From the NCBI GenBank assembly GCA_047967505.1, contig CM106538.1: a stretch of 64,000 nt of DNA; one strand, 5' to 3'. This DNA comes from Dipteris shenzhenensis. Taxonomy: Eukaryota. Under the pieces are notes generated by a model. The model was not told where the DNA came from. It searched no databases and saw only the letters and a list, made by a program, of their open reading frames with translations. Positions within the stretch are counted from its first letter, which is position 1. Each line of letters opens with the position of its first letter. Below are positions 1-12,399 of the stretch, in pieces. A program made the translations under genes and the position numbers.

Positions 1-189
1 TCCCATTGCTCTTGTGCGAAAACACATCTGCTACGTCTGAAGACATATCGTTGGGAACAAATTCAACTTTTGGACGTTGAATGCTTATTGGCTCACAGAT
101 TTATTGAGTCTAGCTGTATCATGAGAATGTCAATTATTGAGTCTACCTGGTTTTACCATGTCTATTCGCTAATGTCCTTTTAATGTTCT

Positions 190-1170
190 TGTTGGAATAG
201 TAGGCACCTGTGAGTCCCCATATGAGGAGGACAAAGGGGCTTGATACCTTGCATAGGCATGCTTGTGAATAGGTGTCATGTCGATCCACATGCGATTGGT
301 TTATGAAGCTGCCACATGGGCAGCAAGATATTATTCTTTGTAGGGGAGCCACATGGGCCACCCAGGCCAGCATATAAGGCTGGCATAGGCCCTGGTTTAG
401 GGCAGAGATGTGTGTTAGAAAGGTCACTGACCCACCTGTGAGCCCACATATGATGAGAACATATGTTTCAGTGAACCTAGGTAGGTGCAGGACTGCAGAA
501 TAGGGTGTAGGCTCAGCGTTAGGGCCGTGTATATGCTGCAGACATGTGGCAGTGCTGCAGGACAGCAGCAAGTACAGCAGGGCCTATTTATAGGCAGGTC
601 GGCCTGTTTCAGTTGGCTTGTCTGTGGGGTTCTTGAAGGGCCTCCACGCCTATGTAAGGCGAGGCTATTGAACCAGCTGCCTAGACCACTGAAGCCCTTC
701 TACTGAAGGCATGCAGGAATAGAATTATTGGCCATCTTCCATGCCTATACTTCTCAGAGTTTGAGCAGTCGTCTCTTAACTGTTTTGTGTCCAGCAGCTC
801 ACTGGATGTTTGTGGCTTCTTCTTGGAGCATTTTAACCACTACTATAATCTGAGTATTTTGCTGCTCCACTTTGTTAGCACTGCCTGTAGTTAGCACTGC
901 CCTACAGGCAGTGCTCTCCTTACACTTCTGACAAAAACTGTCCCTCCAGTCATTTTAGGCCACGTTTACTCCTCCTATTCTGAGTGATCTCTCTCTCTCT
1001 CTCTCTCTCTGCCCAAATCAACTCATCCCTCTGAGGGCAGTGCTCACGAGTACTTGTACTACTTGCTTGTTCATTTACAGTTTGTGGGTTCAGAAATCAT
1101 TGTGCATTGTAAAGTGTTTGAAAGAGTTTCCTAGATCTATCTGCTGCGTTAGAGGTTCAAGAATTCACTT
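190..1170. mobile_element. LTR-like sequence
   Basis: Begins TGTTGG at 190; TATA-like motif at about 584-592; CT microsatellite; start resembles the LTR at 60632-61400 (gtccccatatgaggag vs gccccccaaaatgaggag). No PBS or TSD found; right end approximate. Confidence 0.4.
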
Positions 1171-1179
1171 TGAAGGAAG

Positions 1180-4100
1180 AAGTCCCTCCAAGCTCGAAGG
1201 CGAGCCCGGTTCAAGAAAGGTTTATGTTTGTTTAATTGCTACAGCAAAGTCTATCTGTTTTGGTGATTTTGGCCACTCCCATGTCCATTCCAAACTTCGG
1301 AGATGCCTGAAGGCTGGATGCCCATTTGGAAGGTCAAGATGTGGAGCCACCTTGTGTCTAAAAGCTCTATAAGAGGGTGTAGTTAAAAGGTGCGAGGACA
1401 AAGATGTGCAAGCCCTATCAATGATCATAGGGATTCTAGTGGATTTTGTCATTTCATAAATCCATAGTGCGCAGAGCCTATCCCTCCAAAATGAATTGTT
1501 CTCAATGAACTGGATCAAGTACATGACCATCTCACGAATGTGAAGGTGGTGAAGGATGAGCTAGCTAGCAATGCTAGTGCTTCCAAGAAGTTTTAAAGGC
1601 TTGGCTACCAATGTGACAATAGGAGAGACTTACATTTAAGAGTTTGGACAAAGGGCAACTCTAGCAAGGAAAATACAAAGAAGAATCAAAGCCAATTTGT
1701 GGAAGACTAGATTAAAGAAAGTAGAACAGAAGAGAAAGAGGGAAGCTATGCCGAAGGAAGAGACTAAGTCTGAATCAGGTAGTGTAACAATTGGACAGCG
1801 TTGTTTTGCATGTACGTTGACTGAAAACAAATGTTGGAAGCGGGGCATCACGACACATACTAAACAAAAAAGTTGGTTCAAAGCTTGGAACCGGACGATT
1901 TGGACTCAAAGGTGATTGTGGGAGACCACTGGACATGTCTTGTGGAACAGCTTAGGGAGTAGTCGTTTCATTATTGACTCAAGAACGGATAAGGTAATAT
2001 GCAATGTACTCTATGTGCCTAATCTTTGCAAAAACATGCTTCTGTCAGTCAGATGACTAGGAACAGGATGAAGGTGTAGTATCGACGATTAGGAGGTCTT
2101 GGTCAAAAGAACGAGAAGTCGTCGAAGATGATTGGTATCCGATATCGTTCATGGGAACACAATAGCTCCGACCATGGCTTGAGAGGTTGGTCATGTCAAT
2201 TGTGGTACCTTGTCAGATATGCAAAAGGAAATGGTGGCTGGACTTCCACCAATAGTCGATTTGGAAGGAGTTTGCAAGGCAGGGCAAGCAACACTGAGAA
2301 CGAGACCCGAAGGATTTCACATCCAGGGCTAGTGCTTTGCAAGGGTTGGTTCATTCTGACACTTGCGGACCAATGTCTACTTAGTCATTCGCATAATCAC
2401 GCTATTTCTTGACCTTCATAGATGATTATAGCTTTACGATGTGGGCTTTTTGCTTGGCTAAAAAGTCACTAGTCTTTGACAAGTTTAAGGAATGGAAGCC
2501 AAGGTGAAAAAGGGTATGGGAAAGAAGTGAAGGCATTCCACACCGACACAGGGAGAGACTCACTTTCGGAAGCTTTTGATGCCTTTTATAAGAAGAATGG
2601 GATCGAGAGACAACTCACCGCAGCCCACACATCCCAACAAAACAGGGTTGCGAGGAGAAAGAACTGTGTGGTAGTGGAGATTGGGACGAAAACTTTCAAG
2701 CCCTACTGGGGTGAGGGAGGACATGCTATCGTATACATCCTAAACATGATGAAGACCAAGGTGGTTGAAAGATATGGCCCCACATGGAGCCTACTATGCA
2801 AGAAGCTTATTTCGATTTTGAAAGCTTTCAGTTCTAAAGCGTTTTGTTGATGTGCATAAAGATGAGAGGAAGAAGCTAACCAGAAACGCGTACTCATTGC
2901 GTATTGCGAGGATTCAAAACCTTATTGATTGTTTGACCCAAACGAGAAGTAGATTCTAATAAGGCCCTTTACACACCAAAGGGCGCCCAATGTTGGGCGG
3001 TCGTTTGGACCAATAGAAAGCCACCATTTAAGGTTTGGACGGGCACCTCTTTACACATACAGTGCCCACGCTTAGACCTTTTAATCTGACATGGAGTCCA
3101 CGTCATGCCCTGAGAAAGGCCTTTCTTGGGCAGCCAAGCTTGGTTGCCCACCGATGGGCAGGGTTGGATTCAGCCAATCACCATCACGATTTGGGTCCCC
3201 CAGCTCCACACCCATCCAGGCCCTCATTTTTACAAAAGGGGTTTGACTTGGGCGGTGTGTAAAAGGGGTGCCCATCCGTGGGCACCCATTTTTTAATGAT
3301 CTCACAATGGGTAGTCCGTGTGTGACAGGGGGTGCCCATTCCAACCCGCCCATGAATGTTTTTGGGTGCCCACACTTTGGGCACCCTTTGGCGATGTGTA
3401 AACAGCCTAAGTCGGGATGTTGTCTTTGAGGAAACGGTTTCTAGTCGGAGGGTGGCGGCACATGAAGGTAACTTCTATCCAAACCCAGATTGGTTATTAA
3501 GCAAAGAGAGGAGTAGTTGTGAGAGGAGTGAGAGTTGGCACTAGAATTTGTAAAGAAGACCCCATCAATGGAAAGGAACCTTCCACAATGGTACTTGAGT
3601 GACAGAGATTCCATAGCCAAGTTTGGAGATGAGAAGATCTGAATGAATGTCGAAGAATCCCATTACGAACTATGCAATGGTCTTTTGAAAAGGTTGTGGA
3701 GCAAAGGTCTTTTGAAGAGGCCAAAGATGCACTAGATGGGCGGGTTCCCATGGAGGTAGAGAAGATGGATGCTCTAAAGAATCACTTTGTGGATAGACCT
3801 CTCAAATGGAAGGTGATTGGTACCAAGCAGGTGTATAAAGCAAAGTGCAAGTCTAATTGCAATTCGGACAAGTACAAAGCTAAGCTAGTGGTCAAGGTTA
3901 TGCTCAAGCAGAGGGTCTTGAGATCTTTGTCCCAATAGCACCATATGAATGGTCGTAGCCTTGACTGCCCATTTCCTAGGTGGACATCAAGTTTACATTT
4001 CTAAATGGCAACCTGGAGGAAGAAGTTTACATGGATTAGGCGGAGGGATTCATGTTCTAGGTACGTGTACATAGGTTTGTAGACTGAAGAAATCTCTACA

Positions 4101-4210
4101 CGGGTTGAAACAGGCCCCAAGGGCATGGCACTAATGCATTGATGTCTTCTTCAATAAGCTGGGATTGTCCCAAAGTCCATCATATGCAAACTTGGACCTC
4201 TTTTGGGAGG
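1180..4210 (+). mobile_element. Degenerate Ty1/copia gag-pol remnant (integrase and RT)
   Basis: Broken frames encode NVLYVPNLCKN, LVHSDTCGPM, TFIDDYS, IERQLTAAHTSQQNRVARRKN, ISRDVVFEE, KVIGTKQVYKAK, FLNGNLEEEVYM and RLKKSLHGLKQAPRAW, in copia order (INT before RT). Confidence 0.9.
2963..3407. mobile_element. Tourist/PIF-Harbinger-like MITE inserted in the copia pol
   Basis: Imperfect TIRs of about 28 bp (ggccctttacacaccaaagggcgcccaa / ttgggcaccctttggcgatgtgtaaacagcc); TAA duplication at 2960-2962 and 3408-3410; removing the insert restores ILISRDVVFEE. Confidence 0.9.
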
Positions 4211-5194
4211 GAGAAGAGGATAATACTTAAGGTTGGCGCAAAGAGGGTGAAAGAAAAAGGGGAGTAACATGGTGCAAGACAGAGACAATGGTTATAATAT
4301 AGATGAAGATGGTTTCGAGGGAGGGCAAGAGATGACTAACACAATAGATTGAGTAGTCTTTTTGTAACCAAGTATATCAGCTTATACCCCATCATTGCTT
4401 AGCTCTCTCTCATTACGTCATCCCCTACATCACTCAAACTTGATCGTGTCCACTGTCAAAGGTCAATTGATCCTTTACTCATTCAAAACACACTATCTTT
4501 GACACATGTCTCAAACATATACAAATTGCATACAATACTTAGAGAAAATGAACAATTTAGCAAGACCTGGATCCCAACATTGCAATATGTTTCCTTAGCT
4601 TTTATTCCCTCAAGAGCATCTTTCTTGTTCCTTTTTCTAGGTTTGCTCGACTTGTAGACATTGGGCATATTTTTTAATTATTTGTTTTCTTGTGCACTCT
4701 TGTCTAAGTCAATGCACGATCAGGTGTAGCCAATTGCGAAACCACTTTTGGGGCACACTGCGACGTGTATGGTAGGGTGATTACAAAATTGACGGGCAGG
4801 TCACCATGATGTGGACTAGCGCACAAGCTCATCGGGTTTTCTTTTTGGTGTGAAATGGAGGGCCCCAATTCTCACCACAAATATTTTTTATGCAATCTCA
4901 TTGTTGCAGTCTTTTTTATTGCACCAATGTTGCTAGCATCATCATTAGATCTATTGTACGATGGCAGCATACACATGGACTTAAGCTACTACAACGTTGG
5001 TGCCTGCACGTGGCACTGCTCGCACATCTTCAAAGCCATAGACATGATTCTTCGTGGAGGACATATGATTATGCAAACCACCACAATTGTTGGAACACCA
5101 CCATGGCCACGCCAATGTGGAGCACGTGGCATCAACCAATGTGACGGCTAAGAATAAAGTGTAGGCATAGTGCCCAAGTCAACCTTCATAATGG

Positions 5195-5452
5195 CAGAAG
5201 CTAGCCACGCCTACCACTCTGATGGCTATAACCAACCAATTAAAACAATCACGTCAATCGAAGCCCTTAAATGCAAGGCAATCCTAAAGCTTAATTGCGG
5301 TGGTCGAAACTAGCCATGCCCACCTCAGCCACACCGTCATGGTTGAAACTAGCCACGCCCATCAATACGATGGTTATAACTAGCCAATTAAACCAATCAC
5401 GTTAACCTGCATGCAAAACATTTTTTGAAGCTCAAAAAATCCTAAAGCTTAA
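5195..5452 (+). repeat. Local degenerate direct duplication (~100-bp unit)
   Basis: ctagccacgcc...ccaattaaa.caatcacgt...atcctaaagcttaa occurs twice, plus a partial third copy. Confidence 0.6.
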
Positions 5453-7270
5453 CCGGGATTGTATCTTAATATTTTCCAAAAATCATATCAATATCGAGAT
5501 TTTCAAATAAGTGCTACGCTTTATTTGCCATCAGATCGATCACCTTCTATTGAGATGATGGGGCATAAGAACATACCATCTTAACACAAAAAGTACAGTA
5601 CATTGGGTTAAGACTTAGTTGATCAAATCGGTAGAATGAAATAGGTAGTTAGATTTAGCAAAGATACTAAAATCTTAGTACTCTAAGAGGTAGCCAGAGG
5701 CCACTTTTAAGACCAAAATTCATAACAAGTTTGTATATATAAGCACGTTTGTATTACAAAAAAGAGTGCTTTTGATACAAGAAAGTTGAGCATGTGCTTG
5801 AACTGCTCAACCTTTCTTTCTCTTAGTGAAAAAGGTCTACTAAAAAGTTGAGCTACTTGACTTTTCTTCTAATTAGAAATATAATTATCAAGTCGATCAA
5901 AAACTCTTGCAAGATGACTTTTATGGCCTGGTCAACCTAGGCATGTGGCCCATATAGAATATACAAATAAACTTTGCCAGCATTGGACTCATATGCACAA
6001 TTCACTTGGAATGAATTGGGCAGATTGACCATCCATGAAAGGTCTAGCAATATTTTGCCCAATCTCCTTTGGTGGGAGAGAACTGCCACCACTTGGTGAT
6101 AGTTAGGATCAAGAACGGAATATACTGGAGGTGAGACATAGTACCTAGTGGATCTAGAGGTTTGAGATGAGGGTGGAGTAGGAGATGAGGATGGTGGAAA
6201 TAAGGGTGGAGGAGTGTGAAGTTGATGAGAACTTGACTAGTTGCATGACACTTTAAATGCCAGTGCCCATCGAGCCACCGCACTGGAAGTCAATAAATTA
6301 AGTCATTCCACTTAATCTTAATCAAACTCCAAGGGCCTCACCGCACTATCATTTCACCTAGATAGTGCTCTCCGCTTGATCATTTTAAGCTAATGAGCTA
6401 GCCCTTTCCTGCCTACCATTACATTACATTACATAACTGATTCTATTGAGTTAAAGATAACATAAGTAATAAGGGTCTTAACGAAAACTAGTACTCACTA
6501 ACTACTAGTAACCGTCGTGGGAAAACTTAAAAGTCATACATGTACATTTATTCGCACATATCCCAATTAAGACAACTAAGCTAATTTCCTCCAAGACAAT
6601 GGATAGAATCATTGAATTAGATATGCACCATTAATATTATAAGTGCCCACATCCCAATTAGGCCAATTAAGTCACACATGTTAGCCATCCATGGCCATCA
6701 CGTAAGCCCGAATGGTTGTAATTGAATGCCAAAACCAAATAAGCAAGCTGATTTCCTCCACCGCAGTGGGTAGAATTAGAGATGTACCACCTTCAAATTG
6801 GCCATCTTGCCTCTCCTTGCAAGACTTGCTTCCTTTCCTGCTTATTCCTTGCACTCCCACTTACTCCTTGCAATCCTTGCACCTCGCAAGCCTTCTCACT
6901 GCAACTATTGTTTCTTGTATTGATCATGGAAGTCTCAGAGGCACACTCCAAGGTCCAATACACTCCAACTAGCTTCTTTGTGACATCAGTGGGCCCATTT
7001 TTCTAGCCAACCTTACAATCATGACATCCAATGTGTTCACTTCTCTCTCCATTAATATCTTTACGCAAGGTATGAGGAAAGTGAACATGAAGGAGAGATC
7101 TTTTGTCTATGGGAATACGAGCGACATCATCAAGGAGGATGCTGAAGCCAACTAGAGTGGGCACCATAATTTGAGGTAGATGTAGCACACACAGGGGAAT
7201 CGCAAGCATGACTACAAACTGAGGTAGCCAAGGAAAAAGGAAGCTAAAAAAATTGGCTATGGAGAACTCA

Positions 7271-7516
7271 GGGGGTGCGCTACTAAGAAACCCTAAGTAT
7301 CACGTGCATTCAAGGGGTATTTTAAAAAAACCCCTCAAACTTTTCCCACAATAACAGCACCCCTCTTTACTTATGGACTAATGGAAAATTTCCTAAAATT
7401 GAATTAAAAAACCTCTCATTATTGTAATATTGTTATTTTTTTTCCAAAAGTTACATTAAAATACCCCTCCTTTTGAATGCATGTGGTATACTAAAATTAT
7501 GTGAGGTGAACCCCCC
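7271..7516. mobile_element. MITE-like foldback element
   Basis: Left agtatcacgtgcattcaaggggtattttaa pairs with right ttaaaatacccctccttttgaatgcatgtggtatact; ggggg/ccccc ends; no TSD seen. Confidence 0.5.
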
Positions 7517-8249
7517 AAGATAAAGAAGAGGCAGAGAAGACAAGAAAAAGAGGAGCAGGCCACGTGCCTGAAGCAATAGCTAAAGGAAATTGAAATGGAG
7601 GTGGCATTAGGAAAAAACACAGCTCATTTTGGGGCCTTCTAGGTTGGATGGAAAAAAGAGATCCTCCAGTAAGATAGACGCCAACGTTACATTGGAAATT
7701 CTTAAAAAAAAAAACTTTGTCTCTCTAGAGATGCTTGATTGTTTGAAGTTCTCGCTTTATTTTTTTTATGTGTCATAAATGCTACGTCAAATTGTAAAAA
7801 AGATAAATTGACATTTTGAAGTTCCCGCTCTCGTTTTTTAGGACCCAATTGCACCCTATGTACTTCTTGTGAAGGCACCATGGACATGTAGATTGTGTAA
7901 AATATCTGTTGGCTAACACATGTATGCATCAGATGTTCCTACCTCATGAAACTATTAAGGAGGAGAAGGTGGAAGTTGTCCAGGAATCCGTGAAGAGATT
8001 TCTTATGAATCTTTGCCAATAAGAACATAAAGCTGGGGGAGCTAAGTTGTGGGTCTCCACTAAAAAATAAGGCAAAGAAGAGGGAGAAAAGTTGTAGATC
8101 TCGAACCAATAAGAAGGGAAAAAGAAGTAGTAGAAGTGAGGTTGTTTTGCTCAGTCTCATTGGCACACTCTTGGCATGTGACTCTGAGCCTTGTGACTTG
8201 AGCCTTTCAGCTCAATTATTGTCCTGATGTTTGTTTCATATTATTTTTG

Positions 8250-9600
8250 GGATTGATTTTGCCAAAAATCACTCATTTCAAGGATGAAATACAAAGTGCA
8301 CACTAGTACAACAAACAGATCACAATTTTGATCCATGTCACCTACATCCACCTGCTAGATTCTATGACTAATACCAGTCTTCCACTAGACTCCAAGGAGT
8401 TCAAGAAGGTGCAGCACACATACCATATCTATATTCTAGATGACAAAGAACATGATGCCTTGTTTTTCTAGCATGCTTTCATATTGCACTAGGATTGGTT
8501 AACCGAAGAATATCCCAATAAGGAAACGATAAAACAACATTGGGTGTGGTCAAATGGTGCATCCACTCAATTCAAATCATCCCATGAATTCTACTTTGTT
8601 GCAAGGTGTCAATTGTTGTGCAATTTGTTTGGATCCAGCCATGGCAAGGGGCGACATGACAAATGGGGCACCATTACTAAGTGAGCTATTTATCGCCATC
8701 AGTTAACATGCCATCAAGGTAAGTTGCAAAATGCCTTTGATGGAGCAACATGGCTTGCTTCTAACATCTCCACAAGGGGCACAGCCAAAATACAATAAAT
8801 AGAGATTCAACACCAGCTTAGTGCACAAAGTGTTCCATGAGGTAAAGCTAGCCTAAGCTTATGCTAGCGGATAGGGTATTATTAAATGGGGGGAGCCAAG
8901 CAAAGAGGATAGGGCAAAGTGGATGAAGTAGAAAGGAGGAGCATATATGATTGTAACAACATCGATGGGACACAAAGTTTTCATAGCCTTATGGGGCTTT
9001 TCAGACAATGGCCTTTGTCAAAAACATGATGGGTGAGCATGATTTTGCGGGAACCAAAAGCTTGCAGGTGAGTGCAATTCTAGAAAAAGCCTTCCTTGCT
9101 TTTCTAGTGCTTGCATCATGGGATATTTTGAGACGTGTGAGGACATTGCAACGTTGAAACAATTGGAGCTATGCCACATTTACCCTCTACATGATGACTG
9201 AGTTAAAGAGACAAATAGTGGACCATAGTTTGGGGGGGAATTTGATGACCTCACTGATGCATTGGAAGAGAGAGATAACTCTGCATTTGTTGTTGACTCT
9301 TAGGAGAATGAGGAAGATAACTCATACTTTGTGTTGCACTAAAACTATACATAAGGTGAAGGAATCCTTCAAGGACCATTGGGGACCAAGCTATGGGAAG
9401 TGGGAAGTAGTGGTTGGAGGTATTTGGCATAAGAAAGGCCATGGATACATAAGAAGCCACAAGCATTTGATTACTCCATTTAAGCGGAGCTATTGAGTTT
9501 CAATGCAAGTTGTGTCGGGAGGGAAGAAGTATACAAGGGTATTCAAAATGGATGTAGACGCTCATGAGCACATCATGGGGTGTCTAGCAGGCATCCACGT
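8250..9600 (+). pseudogene. Degenerate DNA-transposase relic (SDG..QFK / HGKG type, superfamily uncertain)
   Basis: Fragments DFAKNHSF, DEIQSAH*YNKQITILIHVTY, IYILDDKEHD, HWVWSNGASTQFKSSHEFYFVAR and FGSSHGKGRHD, with stops and frameshifts. Confidence 0.7.
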
Positions 9601-12034
9601 CTGATCTAGCTAGCTATTAAATGACCGAAAACCAGTAGGATGGGTGCCATCTAAGCAAGGCCATAGCAAGTTGCAAAATATTCATGAAAGATGCCCGATG
9701 TTCTTGTATGAAAGTGCCATCATAATTCAAAAATCTCTATCCTTGAGCAAATTTTGCCAAACCTCAATCTTGAAGGGTAGCCTTGAATTTTAGTTTGAAT
9801 GTTCATCCTTCTAGTTAAGATCTTTATTATCACTTTTATGGGCATTACAAGGAATTTTTTGCACTTATTTTTTAAGGTTCATTTCTCTCTCCCCCTTCTC
9901 AAGAAGGGAAAAATCCCTTTTGAGGGAATTATAATCTTCAAACACAAGGATTGAGCTTTGTTACATGAAAGATTATTGTATGGAGACAATGGACTCTAAT
10001 CTACAACCTACAAGTCACATCTCACTGCTCTTATGGTGAAGTGGTCTTGTGTGACAATAGCCATCTCTTCTTGTCAGATCCTATAAAGTCAACCATCCCC
10101 TCCACCTTACAATGATAGGGTTGTGTTCTTCTAAATTCATTTGCAGACAAATTGCTTTTGCTTTGCACTATCCTTCACACCACACCGTGGAAACTTTCCA
10201 TGAATGCAGTTAATTTGGTGCCACTCAGTATAACAAAGCTTTTGAATAGGCAGAACAGAGTATTAGAAAGTTATATTACTATGGAGAGGATGGCCCCCCT
10301 GTACTGTGTATCTTTATTGATTCCCTAGATAGAGAGTGAATTTCTCTCGATTGGAAATTTTCATGAGTGATCCCCTAGATAGGCTAACTAGGTCATTGTC
10401 ATTTTTTCTAAATACTCTAATTATAAAAAATCAAGCATTCCTACTTCACATGATCCTTGGTAACTACTCATTTTATATGTAGCAATTTGAGTTTTTTTTA
10501 CAAGTACCTAGAGCAATAGGTAACTATTTTTGTAATTGACTTAACTCAAATTATATAGATACTAAGATTCAACAAAAGCACAAAAAAGATTATAAAGTTC
10601 TCTTCTTTAATATTTCTATAAATCAATAAGTCATAAAAATCTTTTTCATTCTTCATTTAAACATCTAAAAGAAAAAGAAAAAAGCTTCTACCACACAATG
10701 TATGAGAGTTAAAGAGAGCTAAAAGAGGTCTAAATAACATGTTTGAATTGTTATTTGAATTTAGCTATATGCCTTAGCTAAAATATATAAATTCTCTAAA
10801 CTGAGTACATCAAACTGTTTCATTTTTGAATGAGCCAATTTATAATATCTCTTATCTCATAACTTTACATTCCTCGCATGTTTCTAGTGAGACAATGCAC
10901 ATAAAATGTCCTTAGATTGCCATCCTGGTAACAAACCGGTGAATGCTTACAGTCGTAATTGCATTTACATGTCCATAGGCTATCAAATTGTTACCATTTA
11001 AAATAAGGCACATGAAAACGTAAGGAAGAGGACACACATATACATAGAAACCATAACATATGTGCATATGAAGCATAGCATAAGTGCATAATATATAGAG
11101 ACAAAGTGTGACATATGTGCATAATTTATAAAAACAAAGAAAGCATAATAGAAGTGCATAACATATAAAAATGTAGGAAGGATAAAATAATTGCATATGG
11201 AGCATAGAGTGTGTTACGATGATTGATACCACTATTTGAAAATTCATTGTTTTTCACCATGATATGACAAGTTTGGGCTTGTGTTGTAAACTGTCCTTCT
11301 AAGTCAATTTCATAGAATCCTGTATGAAACAAGCAATGACATATGTGGTGATTGGAATCTAGGGGATAGGATCTTATATAGCATTCAACCTGTGCTCACG
11401 AGCTAGGATGTTGGCATGTAAAGGATACGGAGGAGCATCACAAGTCCAAGCACTAGTCATGGTTTTGAAACTTGTGAAGGCTACTAGGAAGTGTGCTCTT
11501 GGAGTTATGCTATAGAAGCACTTGGAGTTATGTTGTAGAAGCTCTTGGAGGCTTTGTATGTGAGAGATATAATCAATTGATTACTCTATTATTTAGCTAT
11601 CAAAGAGTAGGAAATGGTCCCTTCTTGGCTTGTACTAAACTCGTTCTACAAAAGGCATGCATGAGCACTTGCAGATGTTTTGCATTCACTCATCTCTTGA
11701 CTATTTGAATTCTTGCTTTGTGTTCCTTGTCGTCTTTGTTTCATTGTTCACTCTTATGCTCTTGTCGATTGCTAAATATAGGAGTTTCTTGGGATTGGGT
11801 CTAAGGGATTAGCTTGCTTAGCTCTCATTGAGGTAGGTGTGTCTCTCTTTTTTTATAGATCGATTATAAATTGCCTCAATTGTTGCTTTTCAATTCTTCT
11901 AGCTCTCCTTGTGAGCTTCCATGGCAGGCTCCCTACCTGTTGAACTCCTCCTCACTCTTCCCCTCCCTCCTTGCTCCTTACCTTCTCTCCTTTTATCCTT
12001 AGCAATTCGGATATCCTAGATTCTCTTTTGGCAA

Positions 12035-12222
12035 CTAGGGAATCTCCTTCATGAAGATTCTCGATCTAGGAAAATTCACTCCTTACTTAGTCTAACTCAA
12101 TAACAAATTTCTCCTATAGGAAAAGTTTCCTATAAAGAGAAATTTGTTATTAATTCCCTAGATAGGAAGTGTATTTTCTTAGAAAGGGAATTTTCATGAG
12201 TGATGTTCCATTTTCTCTAGTT
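12035..12222. repeat. Long imperfect inverted repeat (hairpin)
   Basis: Core aataacaaatttctc-ctataggaaa / tttcctata-aagagaaatttgttatt (12099-12151); arms continue to pair for about 60 bp; related arm copy at about 10320-10375. Confidence 0.8.
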
Positions 12223-12399
12223 TGGAGACTTCTTAGTTATTTTCATTTTTAGGCAATAATTGAAAGTTTGGAGACTTCCTTACAGTGGTAGCTCCGAGTG
12301 TCGTGCTCCCATTTGGTGCCAAGGTATAGATAATATCTTGCTAGGCAGTAACTAGCGTGGCTATTGGGGGAACCTTATGGCCTCCTATAAAAAATTGCA

